DNA of 45,310 bases from an uncultured Ignavibacteriales bacterium. GTDB taxonomy: Bacteria > Zixibacteria > MSB-5A5 > GN15 > FEB-12. How positions within the stretch are numbered: the first letter of the stretch is position 1; each line of letters opens with the position of its first letter. The stretch is taken from contig CAZVUZ010000007.1 in the NCBI GenBank assembly GCA_964630485.1, forward strand, positions 1 to 45,310. Direction: 5' to 3'. The position numbers and the translations under genes were made by a program. This document shows, piece after piece, positions 34,939-44,447 of the stretch. The notes under the pieces are model-generated. The model was given only the letters and a program-made list of their open reading frames with translations. It was not told where the DNA came from and searched no databases.

Positions 34939-36305
34939 CAGGCTTTCACTTTGGCCAGTTCGAACACCAGGGCCGCCGCCGTACGGCAACCGCGCTCGAA
35001 GTCAATGACGCGGAAACGCTCGTTGGGCGAGTGGATGTTGTCATCGTTCTGACCCAGACCAATCAGCAAGGTATCCAGACCGAGGATCTCCTTGAAATCG
35101 TTGACGATCGGAATCGAACCGCCCTCTTTCATGAATACCGGCTGCTTGCCAAAGCCGATCCTGATGGCCTCCTTGGCGGCATCCAGCCAGGCGCTGTCAG
35201 TCGGTATGACACAGGCTTTGGCGCCGCCGTGCTTGTCGACCTTGAGGCGCACCGATTTCGGGGCGATACGCTTGAGGTACTTCTCGATCTTGTCGCAGAT
35301 ATCCTTCGGGTCCTGACCCGGCACGAGACGCATGGTGATCTTGCAGGAAGCTTTGGCCGGGATGATGGTCTTGGCCCCTTCGCCCTGGTAACCGCCGGTG
35401 ATGCCGTTGACGTCGCAGGTGGGACGGACCCACTGGCGCTCGAAGGTCGTGAAGCCCTTTTCGCCGGCCACGGCGGGGATGTTCAGACTCTTCTTATAGG
35501 CTGCCTCGCTGAAAGGCATTTTTTTGTACTGGGCGCGCTCCCATTTGCCCGGAGCCTTGACGCCGGAATAGAAACCGGGGATGGCGACCTTGCCGTTCTT
35601 GTCGTGCAACTGTCCGACCATGGCGCAAAGGGCGTTGACCGGGTTGGTGATGGCGCCACCGAAGGACCCCGAGTGCACGTCGCGGTTCGGACCGTCGACG
35701 AAGACTTCCACCGAGGCGATTCCGCGCAGCCCGAAAGTCACCGCCGGCAGCGTCTTGCTGAACTGAGCCGTGTCGGAGACCACAACGATGTCGGCCTTGA
35801 GCAATTTCTTGTTCTTGCGGATGAATTTCGGCAGATTCACCGAGTGCGTTTCTTCCTCGCCCTCGAAGACCATCTTGACATTCACCGGCAGGGAACCGGA
35901 GGTTTCCAGAACCGCTTCCAGGCCTTTCACATGGGCAAAGAGCTGGCCCTTGTCGTCGCAGGTACCGCGTCCGCAAAAATAGCCGGCGCGAATCTCCGGT
36001 TTGAACGGCGGGCTCTTCCACAGCTCCAGCGGCTCGGGCGGCTGTACGTCATAGTGGCCGTAATACAAAATCGTGGGAAGCTTCTTATCGACGAAGTACT
36101 CACCGTAGACCAGCGGGTGACCGCCGGTGGGGTACACACGGGCCTTGAAACCGGCCCCCTTGAGATGGTTCTTCAACCATTCGGCGCAGGCTTTCAGGTC
36201 CTTCTTGTGTTCGCTCTTGGCCGAGACCGAAGGGAAACTGAGAAACTTGAAGAGGTCGTCGGTGCGTTTCTTCTGAGTCTTCTTAAGGTAATTAAATGGA
36301 GTCAT
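34938..36305 (-). CDS. M20 dipeptidase (CNDP/Dug1-like)
   Basis: 455 aa from ATG 36305 (SD AAGGAG); YGHYDVQP, GRGTCDDKGQ, EGEEE, DVHSG.FGG, GGSIP, HSPNE. Confidence 0.93.
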   Translation of the reverse strand: MTPFNYLKKTQKKRTDDLFKFLSFPSVSAKSEHKKDLKACAEWLKNHLKGAGFKARVYPTGGHPLVYGEYFVDKKLPTILYYGHYDVQPPEPLELWKSPPFKPEIRAGYFCGRGTCDDKGQLFAHVKGLEAVLETSGSLPVNVKMVFEGEEETHSVNLPKFIRKNKKLLKADIVVVSDTAQFSKTLPAVTFGLRGIASVEVFVDGPNRDVHSGSFGGAITNPVNALCAMVGQLHDKNGKVAIPGFYSGVKAPGKWERAQYKKMPFSEAAYKKSLNIPAVAGEKGFTTFERQWVRPTCDVNGITGGYQGEGAKTIIPAKASCKITMRLVPGQDPKDICDKIEKYLKRIAPKSVRLKVDKHGGAKACVIPTDSAWLDAAKEAIRIGFGKQPVFMKEGGSIPIVNDFKEILGLDTLLIGLGQNDDNIHSPNERFRVIDFERGCRTAAALVFELAKVKA

Positions 36306-36341
36306 CGATATCTCCTTTATGGTTGGCATTTTGTTTCAGCG

Positions 36342-36370
36342 AATATACGTCCGAGTCGCGGACATGTAAA
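36342..36370 (-). promoter_or_regulatory. sigma70 promoter of the dipeptidase-SDR operon
   Basis: minus strand TTTACA-N17-TATATT. Confidence 0.6.
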
Positions 36371-36441
36371 GCACGATGCGGATAAAATAGTGCCGAACGC
36401 GGGTCGTTCAGGTTATGACCGTAACACAAGACACTGTCGTA

Positions 36442-36960
36442 TCACCGGCGGTGCCGGTTGAACCAGGCGGCGGGATCCTCCGCGAAATCGAGACAGGACT
36501 TCAGCAGGCGGGCATGCATCGTCTCCTCGTCGATCAACCAGCGGTAGAGTTTCCTGACCCTCGGGTTGGAGGCCTCGGCCATTTTCTCGGCGTAGAATTC
36601 CTCCGCGCCATTTTCGAAATCCAGAGCCAGGCGATAGGCCTCGACGTCGGAGGCCGTCGGGCTGTATTCGTCCCTGATTTTCGCCAGCCGGTGATTGAAA
36701 GCAGCCAGGCGCTCGTCGGCATCGGAGTCAGCGGTATCGGGCAGATCCTCGAATTGAGAGATCTTCAACGAATTGTAGAATCTTTCGATGTGCGCGATGT
36801 GCTTGTCTTCCTCAGCGGCGAGGAACTCAAAAGTCTGTTTGGCCAGACGGCTGGTTACCTCGGCGGCCGCCTTTTGGAAGAAGGCCTTTCCCTCGCGCTC
36901 GAGCTTAAGCGCGATCAGGAACGGCTCCAGCATGGTTTTGGTGGTGTCGTCTATATTCAT
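36442..36960 (-). CDS. ferritin-like / rubrerythrin-domain di-iron protein (no rubredoxin domain)
   Basis: 172 aa from ATG 36960; duplicated E..G..FY ... EExxH pattern (EREGKAFF/EEDKH; ENGAEEFY/EETMH). Confidence 0.88.
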   Translation of the reverse strand: MNIDDTTKTMLEPFLIALKLEREGKAFFQKAAAEVTSRLAKQTFEFLAAEEDKHIAHIERFYNSLKISQFEDLPDTADSDADERLAAFNHRLAKIRDEYSPTASDVEAYRLALDFENGAEEFYAEKMAEASNPRVRKLYRWLIDEETMHARLLKSCLDFAEDPAAWFNRHRR

Positions 36961-36968
36961 AGGAAACA

Positions 36969-36998
36969 ATGATACGGCCGGCAAAGCCGTCCGTTCAA
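36969..36998 (-). promoter_or_regulatory. putative leaderless sigma70 promoter of the ferritin-like gene
   Basis: minus strand TTGAAC-N18-TATCAT, 8 nt to ATG, no SD. Confidence 0.5.
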
Positions 36999-37783
36999 TA
37001 ACCCTTGCGACGGAAAACGGCGACGGTGATCAGGATGAGAATCAGGGCGAATGCCAGCGATGTCCCCAGAGGCATCCAGTCGGCCGAACCGCCCATTACG
37101 GCAACATTGACATTGTCCTGAATCTGCCCCGGCTTGGGGAATATGTAATACAGAGTATCGACAATAATTTGTATCGCCCGGGATCCGACGAATTGCTTGA
37201 AGGCCTCATGGAAAGAGAGCAGGAATTGGGCCAGCCAGACCAGGAAGGCGGCCATAACGGCCATGCCGGTCGAGCCCGACACGACGCCGACGAAACCAGT
37301 GACACTCAGCCAGATCAGGAAAACGAGCAGGTTGACGCCTACGATGGTCAGAATACCGCTGTCGAAGCTACCGAAAAGAACCCCCGCGAGAGCGTAATTT
37401 ATCAGAAGTGAAACCGCAGCCGTGATGCCGTAGACTATCCAGATGCTGAAGAGTTTGGAGAGTATGAGCGAGGACCGGGAAATCGGCTTGGATATAAAAT
37501 AGTCAGCGCGGCCGCGGACGAACATGCCCGGTATCAGGCCCGCGGTCGTAAACACCGCTACCAGGATCAGGACATAACTCATTATCCAGTTGAAAATGCG
37601 CAACACCGGGTTGCCGAGAGTCTGGTTTATTTCCTCGATATCCAACTGCTGTCCCTGGATCTCGAGATCCATGGCATAGGCACCGAAAACACTGATGGCG
37701 CCGATAACGGTCAGGACCAAAAATACGTAGAGTATCTTGCGATCGACCATTTCGACCAGGCAGTCGCGTAGCAAACCTCTCAT
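36995..37783 (-). CDS. ABC-2 type transporter permease
   Basis: 262 aa; about six TM helices; GRADYFISKPISR..LI..K motif; coupled to the ATPase gene. Confidence 0.88.
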   Translation of the reverse strand: MRGLLRDCLVEMVDRKILYVFLVLTVIGAISVFGAYAMDLEIQGQQLDIEEINQTLGNPVLRIFNWIMSYVLILVAVFTTAGLIPGMFVRGRADYFISKPISRSSLILSKLFSIWIVYGITAAVSLLINYALAGVLFGSFDSGILTIVGVNLLVFLIWLSVTGFVGVVSGSTGMAVMAAFLVWLAQFLLSFHEAFKQFVGSRAIQIIVDTLYYIFPKPGQIQDNVNVAVMGGSADWMPLGTSLAFALILILITVAVFRRKGY

Positions 37784-38712
37784 GAGCGCTCCCCCTTCGA
37801 ATCTGAAAGGGTCTCGATGAAGGACTGCTCGAGGGTTACCTTCATGGGCTTGACTGAACGGATGGAGATCTTATTCATTCGCAGGTGATCGATGACGAAA
37901 TTTATTTTCTCGTCGTCGACCAATTCCAGCAGCATTCCCCGGGCCGTCACGGCCACGACCTTGCCGATCTCCTCGGGTATCTCAATGGAGCGATTGCCCA
38001 TATCGGCCTCGATCTCGTACTGGCTTTGTCGAGAGGTTAGTTCGTCCACGGAACTGATGCGCAGGACCCTTCCCTTCTGGAGGATGGCAACACGATCGGC
38101 GACCGATTCGACTTCGGAGAGAAGGTGACTGTTGAGAATGATCGATTTGCCCTGAGTGCGAATATGCTCAAGGACTTTGCGGATTTCGATCTTGCCAACC
38201 GGATCGACGCCGTCGGTCGGTTCATCAAGGAGCAGGATATCGGGATCGGAGATCAAGGCCTGTGCGAGCCCGATTCGCTGCAACATGCCTTTCGAGTATT
38301 TGCGCAGCTTGGTCCCGGCCCATTTGTCCATATCAACCAGGGGCAGCAATTCATCGGAGCGGGAATCGATATCTCCCGTCGACATACCGCAGAGGCGACC
38401 GGTCAACTCAAGCAGGCCGAGGCCGGTCAGATGGTCCGGGAAGCGGTGGTTCTCGGGCAAATATCCGACCTTTTGCCGCGAGGCAGGATCGGTTGGCGGC
38501 AGGTTGTTTATCGTGACCCGGCCGGAGGTCAGCGGAGTGACGTTTAATAACACCTTGAACAGAGTCGTTTTGCCGGCGCCGTTGGGCCCGAGTAATCCGA
38601 AAATTTCTCCGTGGGCAATATTAAGGCTGACGCCGTCAAGGGCAACGATATCACCCTTGCGCATCCCGGTCTTGTATACTTTGGTAAGTTCTTCGATCTC
38701 AATTATGTTCAT
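37780..38712 (-). CDS. ABC transporter ATP-binding protein
   Basis: 310 aa; Walker A GPNGAGKTT, signature YSKGMLQR, Walker B LLLDEPT, H-loop SHLL. Confidence 0.95.
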   Translation of the reverse strand: MNIIEIEELTKVYKTGMRKGDIVALDGVSLNIAHGEIFGLLGPNGAGKTTLFKVLLNVTPLTSGRVTINNLPPTDPASRQKVGYLPENHRFPDHLTGLGLLELTGRLCGMSTGDIDSRSDELLPLVDMDKWAGTKLRKYSKGMLQRIGLAQALISDPDILLLDEPTDGVDPVGKIEIRKVLEHIRTQGKSIILNSHLLSEVESVADRVAILQKGRVLRISSVDELTSRQSQYEIEADMGNRSIEIPEEIGKVVAVTARGMLLELVDDEKINFVIDHLRMNKISIRSVKPMKVTLEQSFIETLSDSKGERS

Positions 38713-38762
38713 AAGCGATATCTCGTCAGGATCATCTCCCCTGCAAAGCAGGTCGCAAAAAG

Positions 38763-38835
38763 AGCCGACGCCCGGAATCGAACCGAGGACAGGCTGATTA
38801 CAAATCAGCTACTCTACCATCTGAGTTACGTCGGC
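38763..38835 (-). tRNA. tRNA-Thr (anticodon UGU), CCA not encoded
   Basis: cloverleaf: acceptor GCCGACG/CGTCGGC, D stem ACTC/GAGT, anticodon arm GCTGA-TTTGTAA-TCAGC, T arm CTCGG-TTCGATT-CCGGG; discriminator T then CTT. Confidence 0.95.
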
Positions 38836-38854
38836 TTGATACTTCCCGAACCCG

Positions 38855-38882
38855 AAAGAAGCAAGTTTTAAAAATATGTCAA
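38855..38882 (-). promoter_or_regulatory. putative promoter of tRNA-Thr
   Basis: minus strand TTGACA-N16-TTCTTT, 19 nt before the mature 5' end; weak -10. Confidence 0.4.
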
Positions 38883-38950
38883 GCGGTGGCTCTAACAATT
38901 TCCCCCCCGGATTGTTTCCGGTCACCACTTCGCCCCTTTGGAGGGTAATG

Positions 38951-40345
38951 CTATACTTTACGTTTCCAGCGCACTCCCTGGGGGCTGTCCTCGAGCACGA
39001 TGCCGCGGGCGAGCAAGTCGTCCCGGATCTGATCGGCCCGGGCAAAGTCTTTGCTTTTTCGAGCATCGGTGCGCTGCTGAATCAGGTCTTCAATCTCTTG
39101 CTCAATACCGCCCTGCTGCTCGGTGAAATTGAGAACTGTATCAAAACGGTTGACCGTCTCCAGGGCCCGGTCTCGCTCGTCGGCCGAGAGTTTGTTCTCC
39201 GCCTTCAGCCGGTTAATATCCCGGATGAAGTCAAAGACCGCGCCCATCGCTCCGGAAATATTCAGGTCGTCATCGAGCGATTCCTCGAAACCTTTCAGGG
39301 CTTTGTCGATAACAGCCGCCGCCTCGCCGCCGGAACCGTTCCCGGGGTAATCTTTGAGGTTGGCCATGAAGTCGTTGTAACGCTCCAGCGCCGACCGGGC
39401 GGCATCGAGACCCTGGAAGGTAAAGTTCAGCTGCTGGCGGTAATGCGTAGCCATCAACAGATACCTTACCGCCCGTGGCATATAGCCCTTGTCGAGCACG
39501 TCGCGCAGCGTATACCAATTGCCCAGGGATTTGGACATTTTCCGTCCCTCGACCATGAGGTACTCGTTGTGCAACCAGTAATTGACGAATTTCTCGCCGG
39601 TGGCTCCCTCGCTCTGGGCTATCTCGTTTTCGTGATGCGGGAACATGTTATCGACGCCACCGCAGTGAATGTCGAAATGATTCCCGAGGTACTTCATCGA
39701 CATCGCCGAGCATTCGATATGCCAGCCAGGGCGTCCCTTGCCAAGTTCCGTTTCCCAGAACACATCGCCGTCGGACTCGTCCCAGGCCTTCCAGAGGGCA
39801 AAGTCCGACACCGACTCTTTCTCGTATTCGTCGGAGGCCACCCGGGCGCCGGCTTTCATCCCGGAGATGTCGATGTGAGCCAGCTTGCCGTAGTCGGGAA
39901 AGGCCGAGATTTTGAAATAGTAGTTGCCGCCTACCTCATAGGCCAAACCGCGTTCGACAAGTTTCTTGACGATTTCGACCATCTCCGGAATATGTTCCGT
40001 TGCCGCCGGGTATATCTCGGCTCGCTCGATCCCAAGGGCATCGAGATCCTCGAAGAAGGCGTCGATATAGGGCGCGGTGTACTCTTTCAGCGGTATGCCC
40101 TTTTTCTGACAATCGCGAATGGTCTTGTCGTCAATGTCCGTCAGGTTCATCACCTGGGTGACTTTGTAGCCCTTGTACTTCAGGTACCGGCGCAGCAGGT
40201 CCTCGAAAACATAGGCCCTGAAATTCCCGATATGCGCATAGTAGTATACGGTCGGTCCGCAGGTGTACATTCTCACCTGCCCGGAATCTATCGGCTTGAA
40301 TTCCTCTTTGACTCGCGTAATGGTATTCTTGAACCTGAGCGCCAT
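38951..40345 (-). CDS. cysS: cysteine--tRNA ligase
   Basis: 464 aa from ATG 40345 (SD GGAGG); YTCGPTVY, HIGN, GRPGWHIECSAM, FPHHENE, KMSKS. Confidence 0.97.
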   Translation of the reverse strand: MALRFKNTITRVKEEFKPIDSGQVRMYTCGPTVYYYAHIGNFRAYVFEDLLRRYLKYKGYKVTQVMNLTDIDDKTIRDCQKKGIPLKEYTAPYIDAFFEDLDALGIERAEIYPAATEHIPEMVEIVKKLVERGLAYEVGGNYYFKISAFPDYGKLAHIDISGMKAGARVASDEYEKESVSDFALWKAWDESDGDVFWETELGKGRPGWHIECSAMSMKYLGNHFDIHCGGVDNMFPHHENEIAQSEGATGEKFVNYWLHNEYLMVEGRKMSKSLGNWYTLRDVLDKGYMPRAVRYLLMATHYRQQLNFTFQGLDAARSALERYNDFMANLKDYPGNGSGGEAAAVIDKALKGFEESLDDDLNISGAMGAVFDFIRDINRLKAENKLSADERDRALETVNRFDTVLNFTEQQGGIEQEIEDLIQQRTDARKSKDFARADQIRDDLLARGIVLEDSPQGVRWKRKV

Positions 40346-40367
40346 GGTTTTAGTAAGCCTCCGTAAT

Positions 40368-41444
40368 CTATGCTGCCGTGAATGACTTAACCGTTTTGTC
40401 GTCGAGCTTTTTGACAACCTCGCAGATCAATTTGACGGTATTATCATAATCGGCCCTATTCATAATAGCATTATTGGTATGTATGTAGCGCGTAGGGGTT
40501 CCAATGTAAATCGTCGGGACGCCCAGGCGCGTGATATGTATTCGCCCGCCGTCGCCGGCTCCGCGCTCAAAGTAGGTCAGGTTGAACGGGATTTTCTTCT
40601 CTTCGGCCGTCTTGATAATCAAATCGCGGAACTTGAGATTCGGAATCATGGCGGCGTCAAAAATCAGAATGGACGGTCCCCCGCCGAGTTTCTCCACTTT
40701 TTTGTAGCTCTCCGGTGGGACATCCTGGGCCACGCCGACATCGACGCAGAAGCAGACATCGGGATCGACCAGGTGGGCCATGGTCTGAGCACCGCGCAGG
40801 CCAACCTCTTCCTGGACCGAGCCGCCGGCATAAATCGTATTCGGGTGTTTGGTGCGCTGGAACTTGTTAATGACGTCAAGGGCCACAGCACAACCCATAC
40901 GGTTATCAAAGGCCTTGGACAAGTAGTTCTGCTTGTTGCCCATAATGGTGAATTCGCTGTCGGGAACGATGGGATCACCGACTCGGACGCCGAGCTTTTT
41001 CTGGATATCGAATTTCTCGGTAGCGCCGACATCGATGAACATATCCTTGATCTGCAGGACCTTCTCACGCTCCTTTGCCTCCAGCAGATGAGGCGGTTTG
41101 GAGCCAACGATGCCGATAACGACACCCCTGGAGGTAATAACGCGCATGCGCTGGCCAAGAGCCACATGGCCCCACCAGCCACCGAGCGGCAAGAATTTGA
41201 TGAAACCCTCGGGGGTAATTTCCTTGACCATGAAACCGATTTCGTCCATGTGGCCCTCGACGAGAACCCGCGGACTATCCCCGGCGCCCTTCTTGCGGCC
41301 TACGATCGAGCCGAGCTTGTCGTACATTATCTCATCGACTTTGCCTTCCAGTTCGCGGGCCATGATCTTACGCACTTCGCCCTCGTGACCGGAGACACCG
41401 TTGACCTCACACAATTCTTTGAGTAGAAGTTCTGTCTTGTCCAT
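40368..41444 (-). CDS. M42 aminopeptidase (TET/FrvX-like)
   Basis: 358 aa; GVSGHE, HMDEIG, KAFDNRMG, VQEEVGLRGA, DVG, RYIH. Confidence 0.94.
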   Translation of the reverse strand: MDKTELLLKELCEVNGVSGHEGEVRKIMARELEGKVDEIMYDKLGSIVGRKKGAGDSPRVLVEGHMDEIGFMVKEITPEGFIKFLPLGGWWGHVALGQRMRVITSRGVVIGIVGSKPPHLLEAKEREKVLQIKDMFIDVGATEKFDIQKKLGVRVGDPIVPDSEFTIMGNKQNYLSKAFDNRMGCAVALDVINKFQRTKHPNTIYAGGSVQEEVGLRGAQTMAHLVDPDVCFCVDVGVAQDVPPESYKKVEKLGGGPSILIFDAAMIPNLKFRDLIIKTAEEKKIPFNLTYFERGAGDGGRIHITRLGVPTIYIGTPTRYIHTNNAIMNRADYDNTVKLICEVVKKLDDKTVKSFTAA

Positions 41445-41581
41445 TTATACCTTCCTGGTCGGAGACCTTAGTTTACTACATGGCAGTCTTTTACGAACTA
41501 CGAATATAAAAAGTTGCAACGGCGGCGTCTACCCAAAATTTGGCGGATTTCTCGACAATATACCAGTGCGAGTGTGGGAGC

Positions 41582-42319
41582 CTAGAAATCGAGGTACCGA
41601 TTCAGTTCCGAAAGGGTCTCAATAGTGCGAAGATCGCCGGGCATATCCTCGGGATACTCCTGCCCCGCCATCAGCTTTAGCACCGCAGGCATGCCCACTT
41701 TGGAGGGGCCGACCACGTCTTCAAGATAGCGATCCCCGATATATACGCATTCGGCCGGAGCCACACCGGCCAGATTGGCGCCCTTGAGGTAAATATCAGG
41801 ATGCGGTTTACGCATGCCGAAGGTGGAGCTAAAGAGGGTGAAATCAAGGTAGGGAAAAATACTGAAACGCTCCAACTCCCTGACATGAGCTTTCTCGGGG
41901 AAGACCGTATTGGAAATCAATCCGACAACTTCGAAACGGGCCTTGATGCGATCCAGTGTATCGATGACGTCATCCCGGACATAGAGGTATTGTTCAACGG
42001 GTTCGTAAAAGGCATCGAAAAACCGATCTACAAGGTCACTGTCACCGTCGATATGAAAGCGGTCAAACATCTTCTTTACCACCTGCGGCACCGTCCACTC
42101 GACCATGGACTCCTCAGCCACCCGGCGATACTCCCCCCGCACTACGTTATAGGCCTCGAAAAACTCATCCGATGACGGGGAGACAGGCATTTTCGCCCGG
42201 AGGAACTTAAGACTGTTTTCCAGACAGATGAGATTTATCTCCTCCCAGCTTGTGGAAGGCCACTCAACCAGGGTGTTCCCCATGTCGAAAATCACCGCCC
42301 GCGGTTTGAGTCGATCCAT
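41582..42319 (-). CDS. HAD-IA hydrolase
   Basis: 245 aa; FDMGNTL, ISNT, RKPHPDIY, YIGDRYLEDV.G. Confidence 0.9.
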   Translation of the reverse strand: MDRLKPRAVIFDMGNTLVEWPSTSWEEINLICLENSLKFLRAKMPVSPSSDEFFEAYNVVRGEYRRVAEESMVEWTVPQVVKKMFDRFHIDGDSDLVDRFFDAFYEPVEQYLYVRDDVIDTLDRIKARFEVVGLISNTVFPEKAHVRELERFSIFPYLDFTLFSSTFGMRKPHPDIYLKGANLAGVAPAECVYIGDRYLEDVVGPSKVGMPAVLKLMAGQEYPEDMPGDLRTIETLSELNRYLDF

Positions 42320-42323
42320 CGCC

Positions 42324-43337
42324 TTACTTTCTCATAGCCGAATCAATCATGAGACTCAGTAGCTTGTCAAAGCTGATCCCCTCGACCTCGGCCGCCATGG
42401 GCACCAATGACAGGTCGGTCATACCCGGCAAGGTGTTCAACTCGAGGCAATAGAATCGATTGTCGTCGGACAGGACAAAATCGACCCGCGCGACACCGGC
42501 GGCGCCAATGATGTCGTATGCCTGAGCGGCAGCCTTCTGCAAATCCTCGGCGGTTTTCGAAGGTATCTCGGCCGGAACGATGTATTCGGTCTTGCCTTTG
42601 GTGTACTTGGCTTCGTAATCGTAAAGCCCGTTCTTCGGTCGTATTTCCACCACGGGGAAAACGCGGCCGTCGAGAACGGCCACCGTCACCTCGCGTCCGG
42701 CAATGAACTTCTCTACGAGAATACTGCTTGATTCTTTGAGCGAGGTCAAAATAGCGGCGCGCAACCGGTCGGGACTGTCAACTTTCGTCAGGCCGATGGT
42801 GGAGCCGGAGTCGGTAGGCTTGACGATTATGGGATAACTGAACCTCTGATCAATATCATCGAGCATGCTGTCATTAACACGACTGGCGCAACCCCGGTAG
42901 AGCTGCCAGTCCGGGGTAAGAATACCCACCGACTCAAAGAGCCTTTTGGAAAGGGCCTTGTCCATAGCAACAGCCGAGGCCGTCATGCCTGAACCGGTGT
43001 ACTTGAGACCGGCCAGATCAAGAAGGTTCTGCAGGGAGCCGTTCTCCCCCATGCCGCCGTGAAGGCCGATGAAGACCACATCGACATCTTTCAGATCCGG
43101 CGACTGCAAGGCATTATTCAAAACCAGAGCGGGCGACGGCGTCGCGTCATTTATTTCACTAACCTCAGGCGCGGTGATGTAATCTCCCCCGCCGCTAATC
43201 AGCGATGTGCCCGTGGTCGGATCCATGGCGTACACGTCATGTTTCAAGCGACGGAGCGCGGTGTAAAGAGCCTTTCCGGATGTTAGCGAGACCTCCCGCT
43301 CATTCGAATTCCCCCCGGCCAGGAGCAATACTTTCAT
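42324..43337 (-). CDS. ddl: D-alanine--D-alanine ligase
   Basis: 337 aa from ATG 43337 (ATGA overlap); GGNSNEREVSL, LHGG.GENG, YDYEAKY, ELNTLPGMT. Confidence 0.94.
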   Translation of the reverse strand: MKVLLLAGGNSNEREVSLTSGKALYTALRRLKHDVYAMDPTTGTSLISGGGDYITAPEVSEINDATPSPALVLNNALQSPDLKDVDVVFIGLHGGMGENGSLQNLLDLAGLKYTGSGMTASAVAMDKALSKRLFESVGILTPDWQLYRGCASRVNDSMLDDIDQRFSYPIIVKPTDSGSTIGLTKVDSPDRLRAAILTSLKESSSILVEKFIAGREVTVAVLDGRVFPVVEIRPKNGLYDYEAKYTKGKTEYIVPAEIPSKTAEDLQKAAAQAYDIIGAAGVARVDFVLSDDNRFYCLELNTLPGMTDLSLVPMAAEVEGISFDKLLSLMIDSAMRK

Positions 43338-43966
43338 TGCTTTACCTTCCCTCGATGCGTTTTTATAATGCGGTATATCCATGCGGCCACAATCACTATC
43401 ACCACCGGCCACACAATGCGATTGTAAGTCCTGACAAAATACTCGATTCGGTCATAATTCTCAACCAGTTTGATCGCGGCGTACATGAGCAGCCCCGCGA
43501 ACAGGAAATAGGAGACGGTCGAAAACACGAACATTCTGACGGCTCCGTAGCGGCTGATTCCGGCCGCAATGCCGAGGGCGGCACGCATACCGACCACGAA
43601 ACGGGAGACGACGAGGATCAGTCCGCCCCACCGGCTGAAGCGCCGCTCCATCAGCTCAATATCGCCCACGGTGAAATACTTGTAATCCTTCCGAATGAAA
43701 AACTCCCGGCCGTAGCGCCGGCCGATGAGATAGAGCAACATCACCGAGGCCATCCCCCCGGCCACGACGACCGCAAAGGTAATCATGAGATCGAGACGGC
43801 CGAGCCCGACAATGCCGCCGGCGGCAATGATGAAACTGTCCCCCGGAAAGGGCGGGAAAAGATTCTCGATAAAACAGGCGGCGAAAATCACGAGGTAAAC
43901 CCAGAACGGTCCCCAGGTGAAAATGTAATCGAGGAACTGATTTATCTGTTCGGGACTCTCACTCAT
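43334..43966 (-). CDS. DedA family membrane protein
   Basis: 210 aa; ENLFPPFPGDS, YLIGRRYG, SRFVVGMR. Confidence 0.92.
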   Translation of the reverse strand: MSESPEQINQFLDYIFTWGPFWVYLVIFAACFIENLFPPFPGDSFIIAAGGIVGLGRLDLMITFAVVVAGGMASVMLLYLIGRRYGREFFIRKDYKYFTVGDIELMERRFSRWGGLILVVSRFVVGMRAALGIAAGISRYGAVRMFVFSTVSYFLFAGLLMYAAIKLVENYDRIEYFVRTYNRIVWPVVIVIVAAWIYRIIKTHRGKVKQ

Positions 43967-44447
43967 CGCTTGCGATCAGACACACCGCCGAGGCGGCAAT
44001 TCCTTCCCCACGACCGACAGAACCGAGCTTCTCGGTGGTGGTAGCTTTGACATTCACCCGCGAAATATCGATTTTCATGATCGCAGCCATACGGGTTCTC
44101 ATGGACTCGATATACGGACGGAGCTTTGGCTCCTCAGCCATGATGGTGGCGTCGACGTTGATGATCTCAGCGATGCCGGCCTGTTCCAGCTTACTCATGA
44201 CGTCGCCGAGCAATTTGGCCGAGTCGGCATCTTTGAAGGCGTTGTCAGAGGGCGGGAACTGGGCACCGATATCATCGAGCCCGGCGGCGCCAAGGAGAGC
44301 ATCCATGACGGCGTGCAAAAGCACATCGGCATCGCTGTGGCCGTCGAGGCCTGTCTCATGCGGTATTTCGCCGCCACCCAGAACCAGCCTCCGGCCTTCA
44401 ACAAGGCGGTGGACATCATAACCATGACCGATCCTAAGGTTTTTCAT
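43959..44447 (-). CDS. ispF: 2-C-methyl-D-erythritol 2,4-cyclodiphosphate synthase
   Basis: RIGHGYDVH, GHSDADVLLHA, DIG..FP, NVKATTTE.LG. Confidence 0.96.
   Translation of the reverse strand: MKNLRIGHGYDVHRLVEGRRLVLGGGEIPHETGLDGHSDADVLLHAVMDALLGAAGLDDIGAQFPPSDNAFKDADSAKLLGDVMSKLEQAGIAEIINVDATIMAEEPKLRPYIESMRTRMAAIMKIDISRVNVKATTTEKLGSVGRGEGIAASAVCLIASDE

Noticed and set aside
38763..38835. tRNA-Thr as an integration site for a genomic island
   Set aside because: No integrase and no repeated tRNA 3' end seen in the window; flanking genes look chromosomal.
38876..40366. 496-aa plus-strand ORF, and similar long ORFs at 35031-36461, 13582-14640, 18054-19028, 1879-2790 and 40479-41426
   Set aside because: Antisense shadows of well-supported genes in GC-rich DNA; no motifs or start signals of their own.
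42280..42300. HAD motif I DMGNT lacking the second Asp as evidence of a dead enzyme
   Set aside because: DxGxT is a common variant in HAD-IA members; the nucleophile Asp and motifs II-IV are intact.
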